NCBI GenBank assembly: GCA_017656185.1
Contig: JACDOK010000001.1
Coordinates: forward strand, 205 to 64,204
Direction: 5' to 3'
Length of the DNA: 64,000 nt
From: Peptococcaceae bacterium
GTDB lineage: Bacteria > Bacillota > Desulfotomaculia > Desulfotomaculales > JACDOK01
The translations under genes were made by a program, and so were the position numbers. The notes below the pieces were generated by a model. The model was not told the DNA's origin. It did not search any database and saw nothing but the letters and a program-made list of their open reading frames with translations. This document shows, one piece after another, positions 47,219 to 57,908 of this stretch. Numbering within the stretch: the stretch's first letter is position 1; each line of letters begins with the position of its first letter.

Positions 47219-49957
47219 CTAATTGCTACCGGATAACCATGTGATAATATCGCGGCACGTCTCACTCAGAGAACTGAACTTATAATCCGTGACCGGCAGT
47301 GAACGTAAGAATTTTATACCGTACCCTTTATTTATTAAACGCTTGTCCAATACCACTACTACACCGCGGTCGTTTCTGTTACGTACCAAACGCCCAAAAC
47401 CCTGTTTGAACCTGACGATGGCCTGGGGAAGAGAAAAACCTGCAAAATCATCACGCCGTTCCCGGCGCATCAGTTCACGCCGTGCTTCATTAACCGGGGT
47501 ATTCGGCGGCTGAAAGGGTAGTTTTACGATAATAACACAGCTTAAAGCCTCACCCGGAACATCAATACCTTCCCAAAAACTGGCCGTACCGAACAAAACG
47601 CACCTCGAGCCCATCCGGAAAGCTTCCAGCAAACGGGCCCGGCCACCATCAATTCCGTGGCCGAGCAAATCGATATCCAAATCCTCCAGCACAGCCTTCA
47701 ACCGGTAATATGCCTGGCGAAGCGTCTTATGAGCCGTAAACAATACCAGGGTGCGCCCTTCAGCGGACAACACCAAATCCCGTAAGGCATCACAGAGCCT
47801 TACCAGGTAGTATTCCTCGGAAACCTCTCCGGGAACAGGCAGATCTTTGACGATCCGCAGCAGGACTTGCCGGTCAAAATCGAAGGGCGATGAAAACTGC
47901 ACCTGTTTTACCCGTGATGTTTCCAGCATATCTAGTCCGGTACGCAAAGCAAAATAATCAAAGGAACCGTCTACCGCCAGTGTTGCGGAAGTAATCACCA
48001 CCGCATCCTCCCGGCTGAAAAGGCTTTTATACAGCAGCGGTCCTACTTGAATTGGGGCTCCCTTTAATTTGACTTCTTTTCCTGCCGCCGTTCCATCCCG
48101 CTCCAGCCAGAAGACATAGTTGGAAGCCTTAGCGTCCATTAAAAATTCAAGGTGGTCACAAAGTTCGCGCCCGGCTTCGACGGCCTGGTTCAATTCTTCC
48201 AGTAAATGGGTATCAGTGTCATAACGACTGTGTCCCTGGAGGGTGATTATCTTTTGGGACAGCTTGTCCAGCAAAGACTGCCACTGTAACAGCAAATCGG
48301 AATACAGCGGGCCTATTTCCTCAACGTGGGGAAGATTGCTGCCTTCGGGGGATAATCGAAACGTTCCGTATTCTGAAACAGGCAGTTTATCAAGAACCTG
48401 CACCAAAAATGCAAAAAAGGTTTCCGCCTTTACCGCTATATCATCCAGTTCCTGCCGCCTGCGGGAAACACCGGCAGGCTGAAAGACCTCCGACACGCGA
48501 TCCACCAGCCTTGCCGTTACTTCGGCCCAGCGTTTCACGTCGCCGAAACAGATCTCTCGCCCCAGCTGCTGCGTGGCCACATCTTCCAAATGATGGGCCT
48601 CATCGATAACCAGCACCCCGTGTGCCGGTATATGCCGGGCCTCAGAATATATATCCGCAAGCAGAAGGGAATGATTAGTTACCACCACGTCGGCGTTCTC
48701 GGCGGCCCGGCGGGCCTGATGGAGGAAACAACTCTTGTAGTAGCGACAGCGTACTCCCGTACATCCTTCCGTTTCCGCGGAAATAACATCCCACACCTGG
48801 CGTTCTTCAGGGGTTAAGTCCAGTTCGCTGCGGTCACCGGATGTCGTTTCGCGCAGCCATATTAGAACACGTGCCAACAGCCAGGCCAGCCCGGGAGGAG
48901 GTGCCTGGTCGCGTAAAGCCAGGTGCACACGCCGCATACACAGGTAATGACCGCGCCCCTTAAGTAAAGCCGCCGACACGGGACGTCCGATCAATTTTCT
49001 TACCAAAGGAATATCTTTATGAAGCAGCTGTTCCTGTAAATTTACGGTGTGCGTAGCAACTACGGCCTTGGTACCTGTAGCCTTGACGTGCAGCACCGTG
49101 GGTACAAGATAGGCCAGCGACTTTCCGGTGCCCGTAGCAGCCTCGGCCATAAGACAGTACCCGTTTTCTACTGCATTGCTGACGGCCAGCGCCATTTCAA
49201 GCTGTTGCGACCGGACTTCAAATTCCTTCAATACCCGAGGAGCCCTGTCTGTAAAATATTCTTCCAGGCTCAAGTTAGGAGGTTCATCATCAGCCTCTTC
49301 AGCATCCGTCCCACAAGAAACCGGTATTGATCGTGCAGCCGCTGTTTCGTCAACCGGAAATGCTTTGGCGTTACTGTGAATAAAGCTTTCCAATAAACTT
49401 GCCAGGGGCAGTCTCCCCAGCACCATCAAGCGATGCAGCTTAGCAAGCAAACTAAACTCCAAAGCCACCAGCTCACCGCACAGCTCCAGAAATATCCTTG
49501 CTGCCGCCAGTGCGTCATCAAGGGCACGGTGGCGTACCGGCTGTTCGACACCCAGCTCCCGGCAAAGCGCATCCAACCGGTAACCGCGCGCCCGCGGCCG
49601 TAACAACCGCGCCAAAGCCCGGGTATCATATGCTGCCGCGGGCCGCAATCCCATATGGTTGCGTAGAAAGGAAACATCGAAATCAATGTTATGCCCCACC
49701 AAAGGATGATCATTGATAAATGCCGCTACCTGAAAAGATATCTGGTCTAAGGTGGGTTGTCCCTTTAGGTCGTCATCGGATAGACCCGTCAGTTTCTTGA
49801 CGCGAAGCGGTAAAGGCCGTGAAGGCATAACAAGGCTGTGGAAGGTGTCTTCAATGGTCCCCTGGCGGACCCTTACCAGCCCTACCTCAATAATTTCATC
49901 CGAAGCCGGGTCCAATCCGGTGGTTTCAAGGTCACAAACAACAAAGCACGGGAGCAT
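47219..49957 (-). CDS. dinG: DinG-family ATP-dependent helicase with N-terminal DnaQ-like 3'-5' exonuclease domain
   Basis: 912-aa ORF with exonuclease motif I (CDLETTGL), helicase motif I (AATGTGKS), the DEAH box (VIDEAHHLED) and a four-Cys XPD-type insertion. Confidence 0.9.
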   Translation of the reverse strand: MLPCFVVCDLETTGLDPASDEIIEVGLVRVRQGTIEDTFHSLVMPSRPLPLRVKKLTGLSDDDLKGQPTLDQISFQVAAFINDHPLVGHNIDFDVSFLRNHMGLRPAAAYDTRALARLLRPRARGYRLDALCRELGVEQPVRHRALDDALAAARIFLELCGELVALEFSLLAKLHRLMVLGRLPLASLLESFIHSNAKAFPVDETAAARSIPVSCGTDAEEADDEPPNLSLEEYFTDRAPRVLKEFEVRSQQLEMALAVSNAVENGYCLMAEAATGTGKSLAYLVPTVLHVKATGTKAVVATHTVNLQEQLLHKDIPLVRKLIGRPVSAALLKGRGHYLCMRRVHLALRDQAPPPGLAWLLARVLIWLRETTSGDRSELDLTPEERQVWDVISAETEGCTGVRCRYYKSCFLHQARRAAENADVVVTNHSLLLADIYSEARHIPAHGVLVIDEAHHLEDVATQQLGREICFGDVKRWAEVTARLVDRVSEVFQPAGVSRRRQELDDIAVKAETFFAFLVQVLDKLPVSEYGTFRLSPEGSNLPHVEEIGPLYSDLLLQWQSLLDKLSQKIITLQGHSRYDTDTHLLEELNQAVEAGRELCDHLEFLMDAKASNYVFWLERDGTAAGKEVKLKGAPIQVGPLLYKSLFSREDAVVITSATLAVDGSFDYFALRTGLDMLETSRVKQVQFSSPFDFDRQVLLRIVKDLPVPGEVSEEYYLVRLCDALRDLVLSAEGRTLVLFTAHKTLRQAYYRLKAVLEDLDIDLLGHGIDGGRARLLEAFRMGSRCVLFGTASFWEGIDVPGEALSCVIIVKLPFQPPNTPVNEARRELMRRERRDDFAGFSLPQAIVRFKQGFGRLVRNRNDRGVVVVLDKRLINKGYGIKFLRSLPVTDYKFSSLSETCRDIITWLSGSN

Positions 49958-49967
49958 GCGTCCAGCC

Positions 49968-50249
49968 TCACTTTTGCGGCGGCTCTTCCTGCTGTCCGGC
50001 TTTGAGCTGCAAGTCGGCTACTTTGGCAGTTAACTCTCTGATACGCCACGAAAGCTTCAACTGCCGTATAAAGCCGAATATAAGAGCCATAACCGCCCCT
50101 ACCGCCACCGAGCCAAGTACTACCAGTGACAATGAAATATCCTCAAAAGCCCAAACGAGAAAATGGATGGTGACCGGGCCGGCATTTTGTACGGCAAAAA
50201 TGGCTACCACAATGGCGAAGATAAGCAGCAGGAAAAGATAAAATTGCAT
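49968..50249 (-). CDS. LapA-domain (DUF1049) small membrane protein
   Basis: 93-aa ORF with two TM helices followed by a coiled C-terminal tail. Confidence 0.7.
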   Translation of the reverse strand: MQFYLFLLLIFAIVVAIFAVQNAGPVTIHFLVWAFEDISLSLVVLGSVAVGAVMALIFGFIRQLKLSWRIRELTAKVADLQLKAGQQEEPPQK

Positions 50250-50371
50250 ACTTTACAACTCCTCAATCCCAAATTTCATTCCCATTCCATCAGCCCTACC
50301 TGGGTAAAGTATAAATATTTCACGTGGCGGTTAGTTTAGGCATAGCGTATACCAAAAATGGGGCGTTATCA

Positions 50372-50773
50372 ATGGACAGAAAAAAATTTATCAAAGCTTA
50401 TTTAAATGGTGATATCTCCCAAGAAATCCTGGAAACACTAATTTACCACATATACTGGGTATGGTCTATGGTGGCCTACATTACCTACGGTAATTTGGAT
50501 AAAGCCCATCGTATCATGCACCAAAGCGCGTTTAAGGTAACCGGTCATGAAAGAATGGCCCGCAAAGTGGTACTCAAAGTCTTCTCAGACATTGCCCTGG
50601 CTCCGGAAAAACACCTGGAAGATTTTATAAGCAGCGCTTACCGTTACGAAATCAGCCGGCAGGAAACACCCGACTTCAGTCTTACCCGCAAACTTGTAAC
50701 TATGCTGCGCCGGGCCGGCTTAATGTCACCGGAACGTATTTCGGTATGGGAAACCAAACTATCCCGGATCTAA
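50372..50773 (+). CDS. Hypothetical protein
   Basis: ORF with a terminator downstream and no recognisable family. Start uncertain (ATG 50372, or the track GTG 50324). Confidence 0.5.
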   Translation: MDRKKFIKAYLNGDISQEILETLIYHIYWVWSMVAYITYGNLDKAHRIMHQSAFKVTGHERMARKVVLKVFSDIALAPEKHLEDFISSAYRYEISRQETPDFSLTRKLVTMLRRAGLMSPERISVWETKLSRI

Positions 50774-50785
50774 ATTGGCTTTACC

Positions 50786-50818
50786 GGAAAATCCACTTTA
50801 CCGGATTTTCCCTTTTTA
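50786..50818 (+). terminator. Rho-independent terminator
   Basis: GGAAAATCC-(8 nt)-GGATTTTCC followed by CTTTTTAT. Confidence 0.7.
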
Positions 50819-50861
50819 TCTACCGGTATCCATACTATAATGAGTTAAAAGACAGCGGGAG

Positions 50862-51707
50862 GTGCCCATTAACGTGCCTTTCAATGTAGCAGTCTGTCAA
50901 CTTGCAATCAGTGACAACAAGGAGCAAAACATCGGTCAGGCCCGGAACCAAATTTTACAAGCATCGGAACGCGGGGCCCAGATGGTAATCCTACCGGAAA
51001 TGTTCAACTGCCCCTATGACCATGAATACTTTGTAGCATTTGCCGAAAGTTATCCCGACGGGCCGACCGTGAAGATGATGTCGGCAACAGCCAAAGAGGC
51101 CGGTGTCGTACTGGTCGGGGGCTCCATTCCGGAACGCGACGGAGAAGAATATTACAACACATGCTTTATCTTTGGTTCTGACGGTTCTCTGCTGGGATCA
51201 CAGCGTAAAATCCACCTCTTTGATGTCGAGCTGGAAACACTGGTTTTCAAGGAATCCGACACTCTCACCCGGGGCAGCACCTTTAGAGTTATTGATACAC
51301 CCTTTTGCAAGGTAGGAGTAGCCATATGTTATGACGTCCGGTTCCCGGAGCTGGCACGTGCCTTTGTCATGAATAAAGCCGCCCTGATGGTGGTACCGGC
51401 TGCCTTTAATATGTTTACCGGCCCGGCACACTGGGAGCTGCTGTTACGTGCCCGGGCTGTGGACAATCAGATCTATGTGGTCGGTGCCTCTCCCGCCCGC
51501 AATCCCAGCGCCCGCTACGTTTACTACGGCCATTCTATGATTGTAAATCCCTGGGGTGATATCACTGCCAAGGCAGGGGCACGCGAAGACATCATTATGG
51601 CCTCTGTGGATCTTGGTTACTTACAGCAGGTCCGGCGGCAGCTGCCGGTTCTCGAACACCGCCGTACCGATCTTTTTGAATTAAAAATTGCTGAAAATAT
51701 TTCATAA
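50862..51707 (+). CDS. Carbon-nitrogen hydrolase family protein (omega-amidase/nitrilase-like)
   Basis: 281-aa ORF with the catalytic E-K-C pattern (PEMFN, KIHLFD, AICYDVRFPE). Confidence 0.85.
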   Translation: MPINVPFNVAVCQLAISDNKEQNIGQARNQILQASERGAQMVILPEMFNCPYDHEYFVAFAESYPDGPTVKMMSATAKEAGVVLVGGSIPERDGEEYYNTCFIFGSDGSLLGSQRKIHLFDVELETLVFKESDTLTRGSTFRVIDTPFCKVGVAICYDVRFPELARAFVMNKAALMVVPAAFNMFTGPAHWELLLRARAVDNQIYVVGASPARNPSARYVYYGHSMIVNPWGDITAKAGAREDIIMASVDLGYLQQVRRQLPVLEHRRTDLFELKIAENIS

Positions 51708-51780
51708 ATATGTATATTATTTTAAATTTGCGGTTAGACTTCTAATGGACCCAGTAACAACCTAACTCCTCTCCCTTTCT

Positions 51781-51810
51781 GCTGTACCGAATCCGGTACA
51801 GCCCTTTTTT
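51781..51810 (+). terminator. Rho-independent terminator between convergent genes
   Basis: GCTGTACCG-AATC-CGGTACAGC followed by CCTTTTTT. Confidence 0.75.
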
Positions 51811-51837
51811 ATTATTCCCCTATCACCTCAGGCGCCG

Positions 51838-52752
51838 CTAGTTTTCCAGGTTAGAAATATACTTTTCGGCTGTAATTGCCGCCAGTGCACCATCGGCAGC
51901 TGCCGTAATCACCTGGCGCAGGGGAGTTTTGCGGATATCACCGGCAGCCAAAATACCGGGGCGGGAGGTCATCATTTCAACATCGGTGACGATAAAGCCG
52001 TTCTCGGTTTCCACCAAATTTTCCACAATATAGCTGTTAGGCTTGACCCCGACATACACAAAGACACCATCCACCTTAACCGGCTTAACTTCCCCGGTTT
52101 TCAGGTTCTTGACCATTATTTCTTCCACGGCGTCCTCGCCTTTGATTTCTTCCACGACACTGCTCCACAGCGGTATGATCTTTTTATTAGCCAAGGCACG
52201 GTCCTGGATCGCCTTTTTGGCACGCAGCGCGTCCCTTCGGTGTACGAGATAAACTTTGGAGGCAAACTTGGTAAGAAAATGTGCCTCCTCTACAGCGGCA
52301 TCACCGCCTCCAATTACGGCCACGGTCTGATCCCTGAAAAAGGCCCCGTCACAAATGGCACAATAAGATACACCGCGACCGCGCAGCCTTTCCTCACCTT
52401 CCACCCCTAGGGGTTTCGGGCCGGTCCCGGTAGCAATAAGAACCGTTCTCGTTGCGATCTCGCCGTTTCTCAGGCGGAGGCGGTAGTGTTTCTCTGCGGG
52501 GATGACCTCAAACACCTCGTTGGTTTCAATCTTCAGCCCGAGATCTCGCGCGTGTTCTTCAAAACGCGATACTAACTCCGGGCCCCCGATACCCCCCGGA
52601 AAACCGGGGTAGTTTTCAATCTTTTCAGTGTTAAGAATGGCGCCGCCGGGAGCTCCTCGTTCGTACAGCACAACATCAAGACCCGATCTCACGGCGTAAA
52701 TACCCGCACTGAGACCTGCAGGCCCGCCACCAACAATTACCAAGTCTTTCAT
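51838..52752 (-). CDS. trxB: Thioredoxin-disulfide reductase
   Basis: 304-aa ORF with GGGPAG, the redox-active CAICDG motif and a second GGGD dinucleotide motif. Confidence 0.9.
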   Translation of the reverse strand: MKDLVIVGGGPAGLSAGIYAVRSGLDVVLYERGAPGGAILNTEKIENYPGFPGGIGGPELVSRFEEHARDLGLKIETNEVFEVIPAEKHYRLRLRNGEIATRTVLIATGTGPKPLGVEGEERLRGRGVSYCAICDGAFFRDQTVAVIGGGDAAVEEAHFLTKFASKVYLVHRRDALRAKKAIQDRALANKKIIPLWSSVVEEIKGEDAVEEIMVKNLKTGEVKPVKVDGVFVYVGVKPNSYIVENLVETENGFIVTDVEMMTSRPGILAAGDIRKTPLRQVITAAADGALAAITAEKYISNLEN

Positions 52753-52764
52753 GTCGTATCACCC

Positions 52765-54006
52765 CTAGTCCTTAGTAGTCAGTGTCTCCATCTCCCGGTA
52801 AGCTTCTAAAATACCCAATCGCACGTATTCCTTGGACAAGCCGCCCTGGAGGTAAACGGCATAGGGTTCCCGGATAGGCGCATCGGCCGTTAATTCCAAA
52901 GACGCCCCCTGGATAAATGTTCCCGCCGCCATTACCACCCCGTCTTCATATCCCGGTAAAGCACCTATCTCCGGTATAACGTGAGCATCTACAGGCGAAG
53001 ATTTTTGAATGCCGCGGCAGAACGCTACTATTTTTTGCGGAGATCCCAACTTGATACCCTGTACAATGTCAGTGCGAGGTGCATCAAAACGCGGCAGCAC
53101 CTCATACCCCAAGCGTTCAAAAAACCGCGCCGCCAAGACGGCACCTTTAAGAGCCTCGGAAACAAAATGCGGGGCCAGATACAATCCCTGGTAAAGCAGC
53201 CGCAAGACATCCAGGGACGGGCCCACCTCGCCGCCGATCCCCGGAGCCGTTAGACGGCCCGCAACTCTTTTTATCAAAGCTTCTTTCCCGGCGATATAGC
53301 CTCCCGTCGGCGCTATACCACCGCCGGGATTTTTAATCAATGAACCACAGACCAGATCGGCCCCCACTGCCGGGGGTTCCCGCGTCTCAACAAATTCCCC
53401 GTAACAGTTATCAACCAATACCACTGTCTCCGGATTAACATCCTTAACAGCCTTAATAAGTGTCCCCATTGTCTTTAAATCCAGGGACGGCCGCCAGTCA
53501 TAGCCTCGAGAACGCTGAAGCAAAACTACACGGGTATCCGGACCTACCGATTGGGCCAGCATCCGGCAATCAACACCGGGATTCCCCCTAAAAGGCACCT
53601 GGTGATAGGACACCCCGAGGCTTCGCAATGAACCCGGGGTCGCTTCAGTAATCCCGATCACTTGGTCCAGAGTGTCATAAGGATGGCCCAAAGCCACAAT
53701 ACTGTCGCCGGGTTGGCAGAGACCAAAAAGACAAACGGCTAAGGCATGGGTACCGGACACGATCTGAATCCGTACAAGAGCTGCCTCAGCCTGAAATACT
53801 CGCGCCCAAACCGCATCCAGTGTTTCCCGCCCGGCATCCCCGTAACCGTAACCCGTAGTGCCCCGCAAGTGATACTCGCTAACGCGGTACTCATGAAATG
53901 CCTGCAAGACACGAGCCTGGTTTGCTAAAGCAACACCGTCTATATGCCGGTACAGCTGTTGTACGTCTGCTTCAACAGATGCTAGTAACTCTTCCGGTGC
54001 TATCAT
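52765..54006 (-). CDS. Aluminium-resistance / methionine gamma-lyase-like PLP enzyme (YnbB family)
   Basis: PLP fold-type I pattern and typical position after hfq. The ATG at 54006 avoids overlap with hfq. Confidence 0.8.
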   Translation of the reverse strand: MIAPEELLASVEADVQQLYRHIDGVALANQARVLQAFHEYRVSEYHLRGTTGYGYGDAGRETLDAVWARVFQAEAALVRIQIVSGTHALAVCLFGLCQPGDSIVALGHPYDTLDQVIGITEATPGSLRSLGVSYHQVPFRGNPGVDCRMLAQSVGPDTRVVLLQRSRGYDWRPSLDLKTMGTLIKAVKDVNPETVVLVDNCYGEFVETREPPAVGADLVCGSLIKNPGGGIAPTGGYIAGKEALIKRVAGRLTAPGIGGEVGPSLDVLRLLYQGLYLAPHFVSEALKGAVLAARFFERLGYEVLPRFDAPRTDIVQGIKLGSPQKIVAFCRGIQKSSPVDAHVIPEIGALPGYEDGVVMAAGTFIQGASLELTADAPIREPYAVYLQGGLSKEYVRLGILEAYREMETLTTKD

Positions 54007-54046
54007 ATGCTCCCACCATAACCGAGAGGCCCTTCTTTTGAAGGGC

Positions 54047-54313
54047 CTAGGTTGCAGAATTCTTATGTTCTTGGACAAGTGTTGCATTATTTGGAGAGGT
54101 GTTAACCGCTCGCGACGGGCTTATGGTAGAAATAGCATGTTTGTAAACCATCATCTGCTTACCGTCACTTTCAAGTATGACGGTAAAATTATCGAAACCC
54201 CGTACCGTTCCTTTTAACTGAAACCCGTTAATCAAAAAAATGGTCAACGGGATGTTTTCTTTCCGCAGCTGATTTAAAAAGGCATCCTGTAAGTTTATCT
54301 GTGTTTTGCTCAT
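54047..54313 (-). CDS. hfq: RNA chaperone Hfq
   Basis: [40 protein letters not shown]. Confidence 0.95.
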   Translation of the reverse strand: MSKTQINLQDAFLNQLRKENIPLTIFLINGFQLKGTVRGFDNFTVILESDGKQMMVYKHAISTISPSRAVNTSPNNATLVQEHKNSAT

Positions 54314-54336
54314 GAGGACCCTCCATTGGAAGATTT

Positions 54337-55302
54337 TTAATATTTCTTCGCGGCTGTTCGTAGTTGTCCTGCCAACGCCTTAATTATTTCTTCAGCAGCT
54401 CCGGTAACTCCTCCTTGCTCAGCCATGTTAATCCAGCGTATACGTTTATCTCTGCGGAACCACGTAAATTGGCGTTTGGCAAAGCGACGGGTATTTCTTT
54501 TGAGTATTCTTATGGCCTCATCCAGGGTGGTTTCCCCTTCCAGGTAGTATATGATCTCTTTATAACCCAAACCCTGCATGGACACCAAGTCGCGACCGTA
54601 ACCCTGCTGTAAAAGCCTTTTTACCTCGTCGACAAGTCCTTGTTCAACCATCTTATCAACACGTTTTTCAATACGCTTATAAAGGAGTTCCCTTTCCAAA
54701 TAAAGACCAAACATTAAAAGGTTGTATTTTGTTTCCCGCCGGCGATCACACTCGTGAAACTGGCTGAGAGGTCTGCCTGTCTGGTAGTAAACCTCTAGAG
54801 CCCTTATAATACGCCGGACATTGTTAGGGTGAACCCTAGCCGCTGTCTCAGGGTCAACAGCAGCCAGGCGCCGGTGAAGTACCTCACGACCGCAAATACG
54901 GGCTTCTTCACTTAATTGCCGGCGCAATTCCGGGTTTGAAGGTACGGCAAAATGATAAGGTTCAATAACCGACCGTATGTAAAGCCCGGTACCACCTACC
55001 AACAGAGGCATACGGCTCCGGGCGGCTACACCGGCAATAGCTTTCTCAGCCAGGTCTTGGTATACCGCGACACTGAAATCCTCGTCAGGCCTGATAACAT
55101 CTATCAGGTGATGCGGGACACCGCGCCTTTCTTCTATAGTGGGTTTGGCCGTTCCGATATCCATCCCTTTGTATACCATCATAGAATCGGCCGAAATAAC
55201 TTCACCACCAATGCGCGCCGCTACTTCTATACCGACATCGGTCTTACCCGTAGCCGTAGGCCCGGCAATAACAACCAATAATGGCCGGTCGTTCTTCCTC
55301 AT
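54337..55302 (-). CDS. miaA: tRNA dimethylallyltransferase
   Basis: P-loop GPTATGKT plus the MiaA core. Confidence 0.95.
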   Translation of the reverse strand: MRKNDRPLLVVIAGPTATGKTDVGIEVAARIGGEVISADSMMVYKGMDIGTAKPTIEERRGVPHHLIDVIRPDEDFSVAVYQDLAEKAIAGVAARSRMPLLVGGTGLYIRSVIEPYHFAVPSNPELRRQLSEEARICGREVLHRRLAAVDPETAARVHPNNVRRIIRALEVYYQTGRPLSQFHECDRRRETKYNLLMFGLYLERELLYKRIEKRVDKMVEQGLVDEVKRLLQQGYGRDLVSMQGLGYKEIIYYLEGETTLDEAIRILKRNTRRFAKRQFTWFRRDKRIRWINMAEQGGVTGAAEEIIKALAGQLRTAAKKY

Positions 55303-56096
55303 TGGCCCGTTCCATCCTTCTTTAACACACCGTAGGCTACGGAAGCATATTTGCCCCCCTCAACATCATTAAATCCCAACCTCACAAACTCTGGGCTACC
55401 CCGTCTTTCCTTGAACACTACGCGCTTACGCGCTACGCGATAAGCCTCGCGCAGGCTGCCGGCGTCAAGCGGCCTCGGATCGGCCAACGCTCTTAAAGGC
55501 ACCATCGAATCGGAAGTCATTACCGGACAGCGGAACATCGGGTCAAAATAAACCACATCAAAGCTGTTATCATCCAATTGCCTTAAAAAATCATTGTAAT
55601 CGACCCACACCACCTCAATTCTATGCATCGCAGCGGCTAAATCGGCCGGGCGCGCGGGGTACTTCTGCAAGCCGTCCCGTACCAGTACCGCGATCAGCTT
55701 TACAGCTTCAAGCCCTACCACTCTCCCCGTATCGCCCACCACATAACTTGCCACCAGCGCATCACTCGCCAGGCCGAGCGTGCAGTCCAACACCTCATCG
55801 CCCGGCCTCAAATCCATGGCTTTTACCATTTGGTCAGTTTTCCCAGTGCGGAGCCCCTTTATACGTACCTTGGCCAGGTCGGGATGAAAAAAAAACCTTT
55901 TCCCACCGGAGAATAGACATACCTTTTGGTTAGTAACCACCACAATCCCTGACACACCATATTTTTCCTGCAGGGTTTCTAACGAGTCCTTACCCCTGGG
56001 CACATAAGAAACACCTAATTCGGTACTGAGCCAGCGTGCCTGTTTTACCGCTTCAGATTGCTTCCCTAAAGAGGTGGTTACAATAAAAGACCGCAA
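55299..56096 (-). CDS. Class I SAM-dependent methyltransferase, RsmJ-like (PF04445-type)
   Basis: DCTLGLASDAL and VVYFDPMF motifs resemble the RsmJ DATAGLGRDAF / VVYLDPMF motifs. Confidence 0.7.
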   Translation of the reverse strand: MRSFIVTTSLGKQSEAVKQARWLSTELGVSYVPRGKDSLETLQEKYGVSGIVVVTNQKVCLFSGGKRFFFHPDLAKVRIKGLRTGKTDQMVKAMDLRPGDEVLDCTLGLASDALVASYVVGDTGRVVGLEAVKLIAVLVRDGLQKYPARPADLAAAMHRIEVVWVDYNDFLRQLDDNSFDVVYFDPMFRCPVMTSDSMVPLRALADPRPLDAGSLREAYRVARKRVVFKERRGSPEFVRLGFNDVEGGKYASVAYGVLKKDGTGQ

Positions 56097-56102
56097 AAGA
56101 GG

Positions 56103-57821
56103 TCACTCCCGCAGAAATTTCTTGGCCAACTCGTCAAAACTAATTTTTACCAGTGTAGGGCGGCCGTGTGGGCAGCTGTAAGGATTGTCCGCTGCGGCCA
56201 GTCGCTGCAGTAAAACCCGCTGCTCGGCAGGATCCAATTTTTGCCCGCCTTTGACAGCCGCCCGGCAGGCCAGAGAAGCCACCAGCGCATGTTGAAAACC
56301 GGTCTCATTAACAGGCCGGTCTTTATGCAGCCGTTCCAACAGATCAGTTATCAACTCTTCTTCCTCGCCGGCCGGCGTTCCCGCGGGTACGGCACGCAGT
56401 AATAAGTCGGAACCCCCGAATTCCTCAATCAAGAAACCTGCCCCGCTCAACCACTGCCAGTACTCTCGGAGTATGCCCTCTTGGCCCGGATCCAAATTCA
56501 ATACCAGCGGCTGAAGCAATACCTGCGTCCTTGTATGGCCGTCTTTCAGCTTGCGTTCATACTCTTCAAATAGAACCCGCTCGTGCGCGGCATGCTGATC
56601 GATAATATACAAACCATCTGCCCCCAGGGCCAGTATGTAGGTAGGAGCAAGGTGAGCCAAAGGTTCCAATCGTAGCTGACGGTCATAGCAGCCAGCTTCT
56701 TCCTGCCACTGCATACCGGCCTGTACCGGAGGGGCCGTCCTATCGTATGATTGGTTATGGGCCGGTATAGAGGCGCTTTTCCCGGAAACGCTCATAGGAG
56801 CAGCGTCACTCCATTTAACTTCCGCAACTATCTTTCTGTCACGCAAGGCCCGGCGCATTATCTGAGCTACCTTGTAATTCAACTCCCGTCCGCCATCTAA
56901 TCTGACTTCCATCTTGGAGGGGTGAACATTAACGTCGATCCTCTTCCGATCAATTTTAAGGTGCAGCACCCCTACCGGATAGCGGCCGGACGGTACCAAA
57001 TCGCGGTAAGCCTCGTCATATGCTCCACTCAGGTAATAGTTTTTCACATAGCGGCCATTCACATAAAGCACCTGATGGCGGCGGGAATTACGGGTCAGAC
57101 CGGGTTTGCCGATCCAACCTTCGATTGAAAACCATTCTCCTTCCCAAACAACTTCCAACATCTCCCGGGAGACAGAAAGGCCCATAACGGCGGTAATTGC
57201 GTCAAAAAGCTTTCCGGTACCCGGCGTCTGCAGGGAGAGACGCCCGTTTTGCCGTACCACAAAGGCTACATCAGGCCGTGACAAGGCCAGCCGGCCTACA
57301 ACTTCGGTGCAAAGACCGGCTTCGTAGCTTACACTTCTGATAAATTTGCGCCGTGCCGGGGTGTTATAGAACAAGTCTCGCACAGTAATACTGGTGCCTT
57401 CAGCGCAGCCCGTAACCTGTACTCCGGTTACTTGTCCACCTTCCGCATTTACTAAATGCCCGGCCGCCGCACCTCTGGCTTTCGTACGCAAAGACATCTT
57501 GGAAACAGACGCAATACTGGGCAGAGCTTCACCTCGAAAACCAAGGGTGGTGACGGCATCAATATCAGCAGCCCGGGCAATCTTACTTGTAGCGTGGCGC
57601 TCCAAGGCCAACAAAGCATCATCCCGGTCCATACCGCAACCGTTATCGGTAACCTTGATGGAGGTCATCCCACCTCCGGCTATCTCGACTTCAATTTTGC
57701 TGGCTCCAGCATCCAAAGCGTTTTCAACCAGTTCTTTTACAACCGACGCGGGGCGGTCGACTACCTCCCCGGCGGCAATTTTACTGGCCGTGACATCATC
57801 TAAGACCCTGATACGACCCAA
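56103..57821 (-). CDS. mutL: DNA mismatch repair protein MutL
   Basis: GHKL ATPase N-terminus (IAAGEVVDRPASVVKELVENALDAG) and a C-terminal dimerisation/endonuclease region. Confidence 0.95.
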   Translation of the reverse strand: MGRIRVLDDVTASKIAAGEVVDRPASVVKELVENALDAGASKIEVEIAGGGMTSIKVTDNGCGMDRDDALLALERHATSKIARAADIDAVTTLGFRGEALPSIASVSKMSLRTKARGAAAGHLVNAEGGQVTGVQVTGCAEGTSITVRDLFYNTPARRKFIRSVSYEAGLCTEVVGRLALSRPDVAFVVRQNGRLSLQTPGTGKLFDAITAVMGLSVSREMLEVVWEGEWFSIEGWIGKPGLTRNSRRHQVLYVNGRYVKNYYLSGAYDEAYRDLVPSGRYPVGVLHLKIDRKRIDVNVHPSKMEVRLDGGRELNYKVAQIMRRALRDRKIVAEVKWSDAAPMSVSGKSASIPAHNQSYDRTAPPVQAGMQWQEEAGCYDRQLRLEPLAHLAPTYILALGADGLYIIDQHAAHERVLFEEYERKLKDGHTRTQVLLQPLVLNLDPGQEGILREYWQWLSGAGFLIEEFGGSDLLLRAVPAGTPAGEEEELITDLLERLHKDRPVNETGFQHALVASLACRAAVKGGQKLDPAEQRVLLQRLAAADNPYSCPHGRPTLVKISFDELAKKFLRE

Positions 57822-57908
57822 TGCCTACCCCCCCTCTAATTCGGCCTGTAGGGCTCCCGAGGAAAGAATTAACCGGATTAAATAGGGTTAGGATATTCTT
57901 ATAACCCC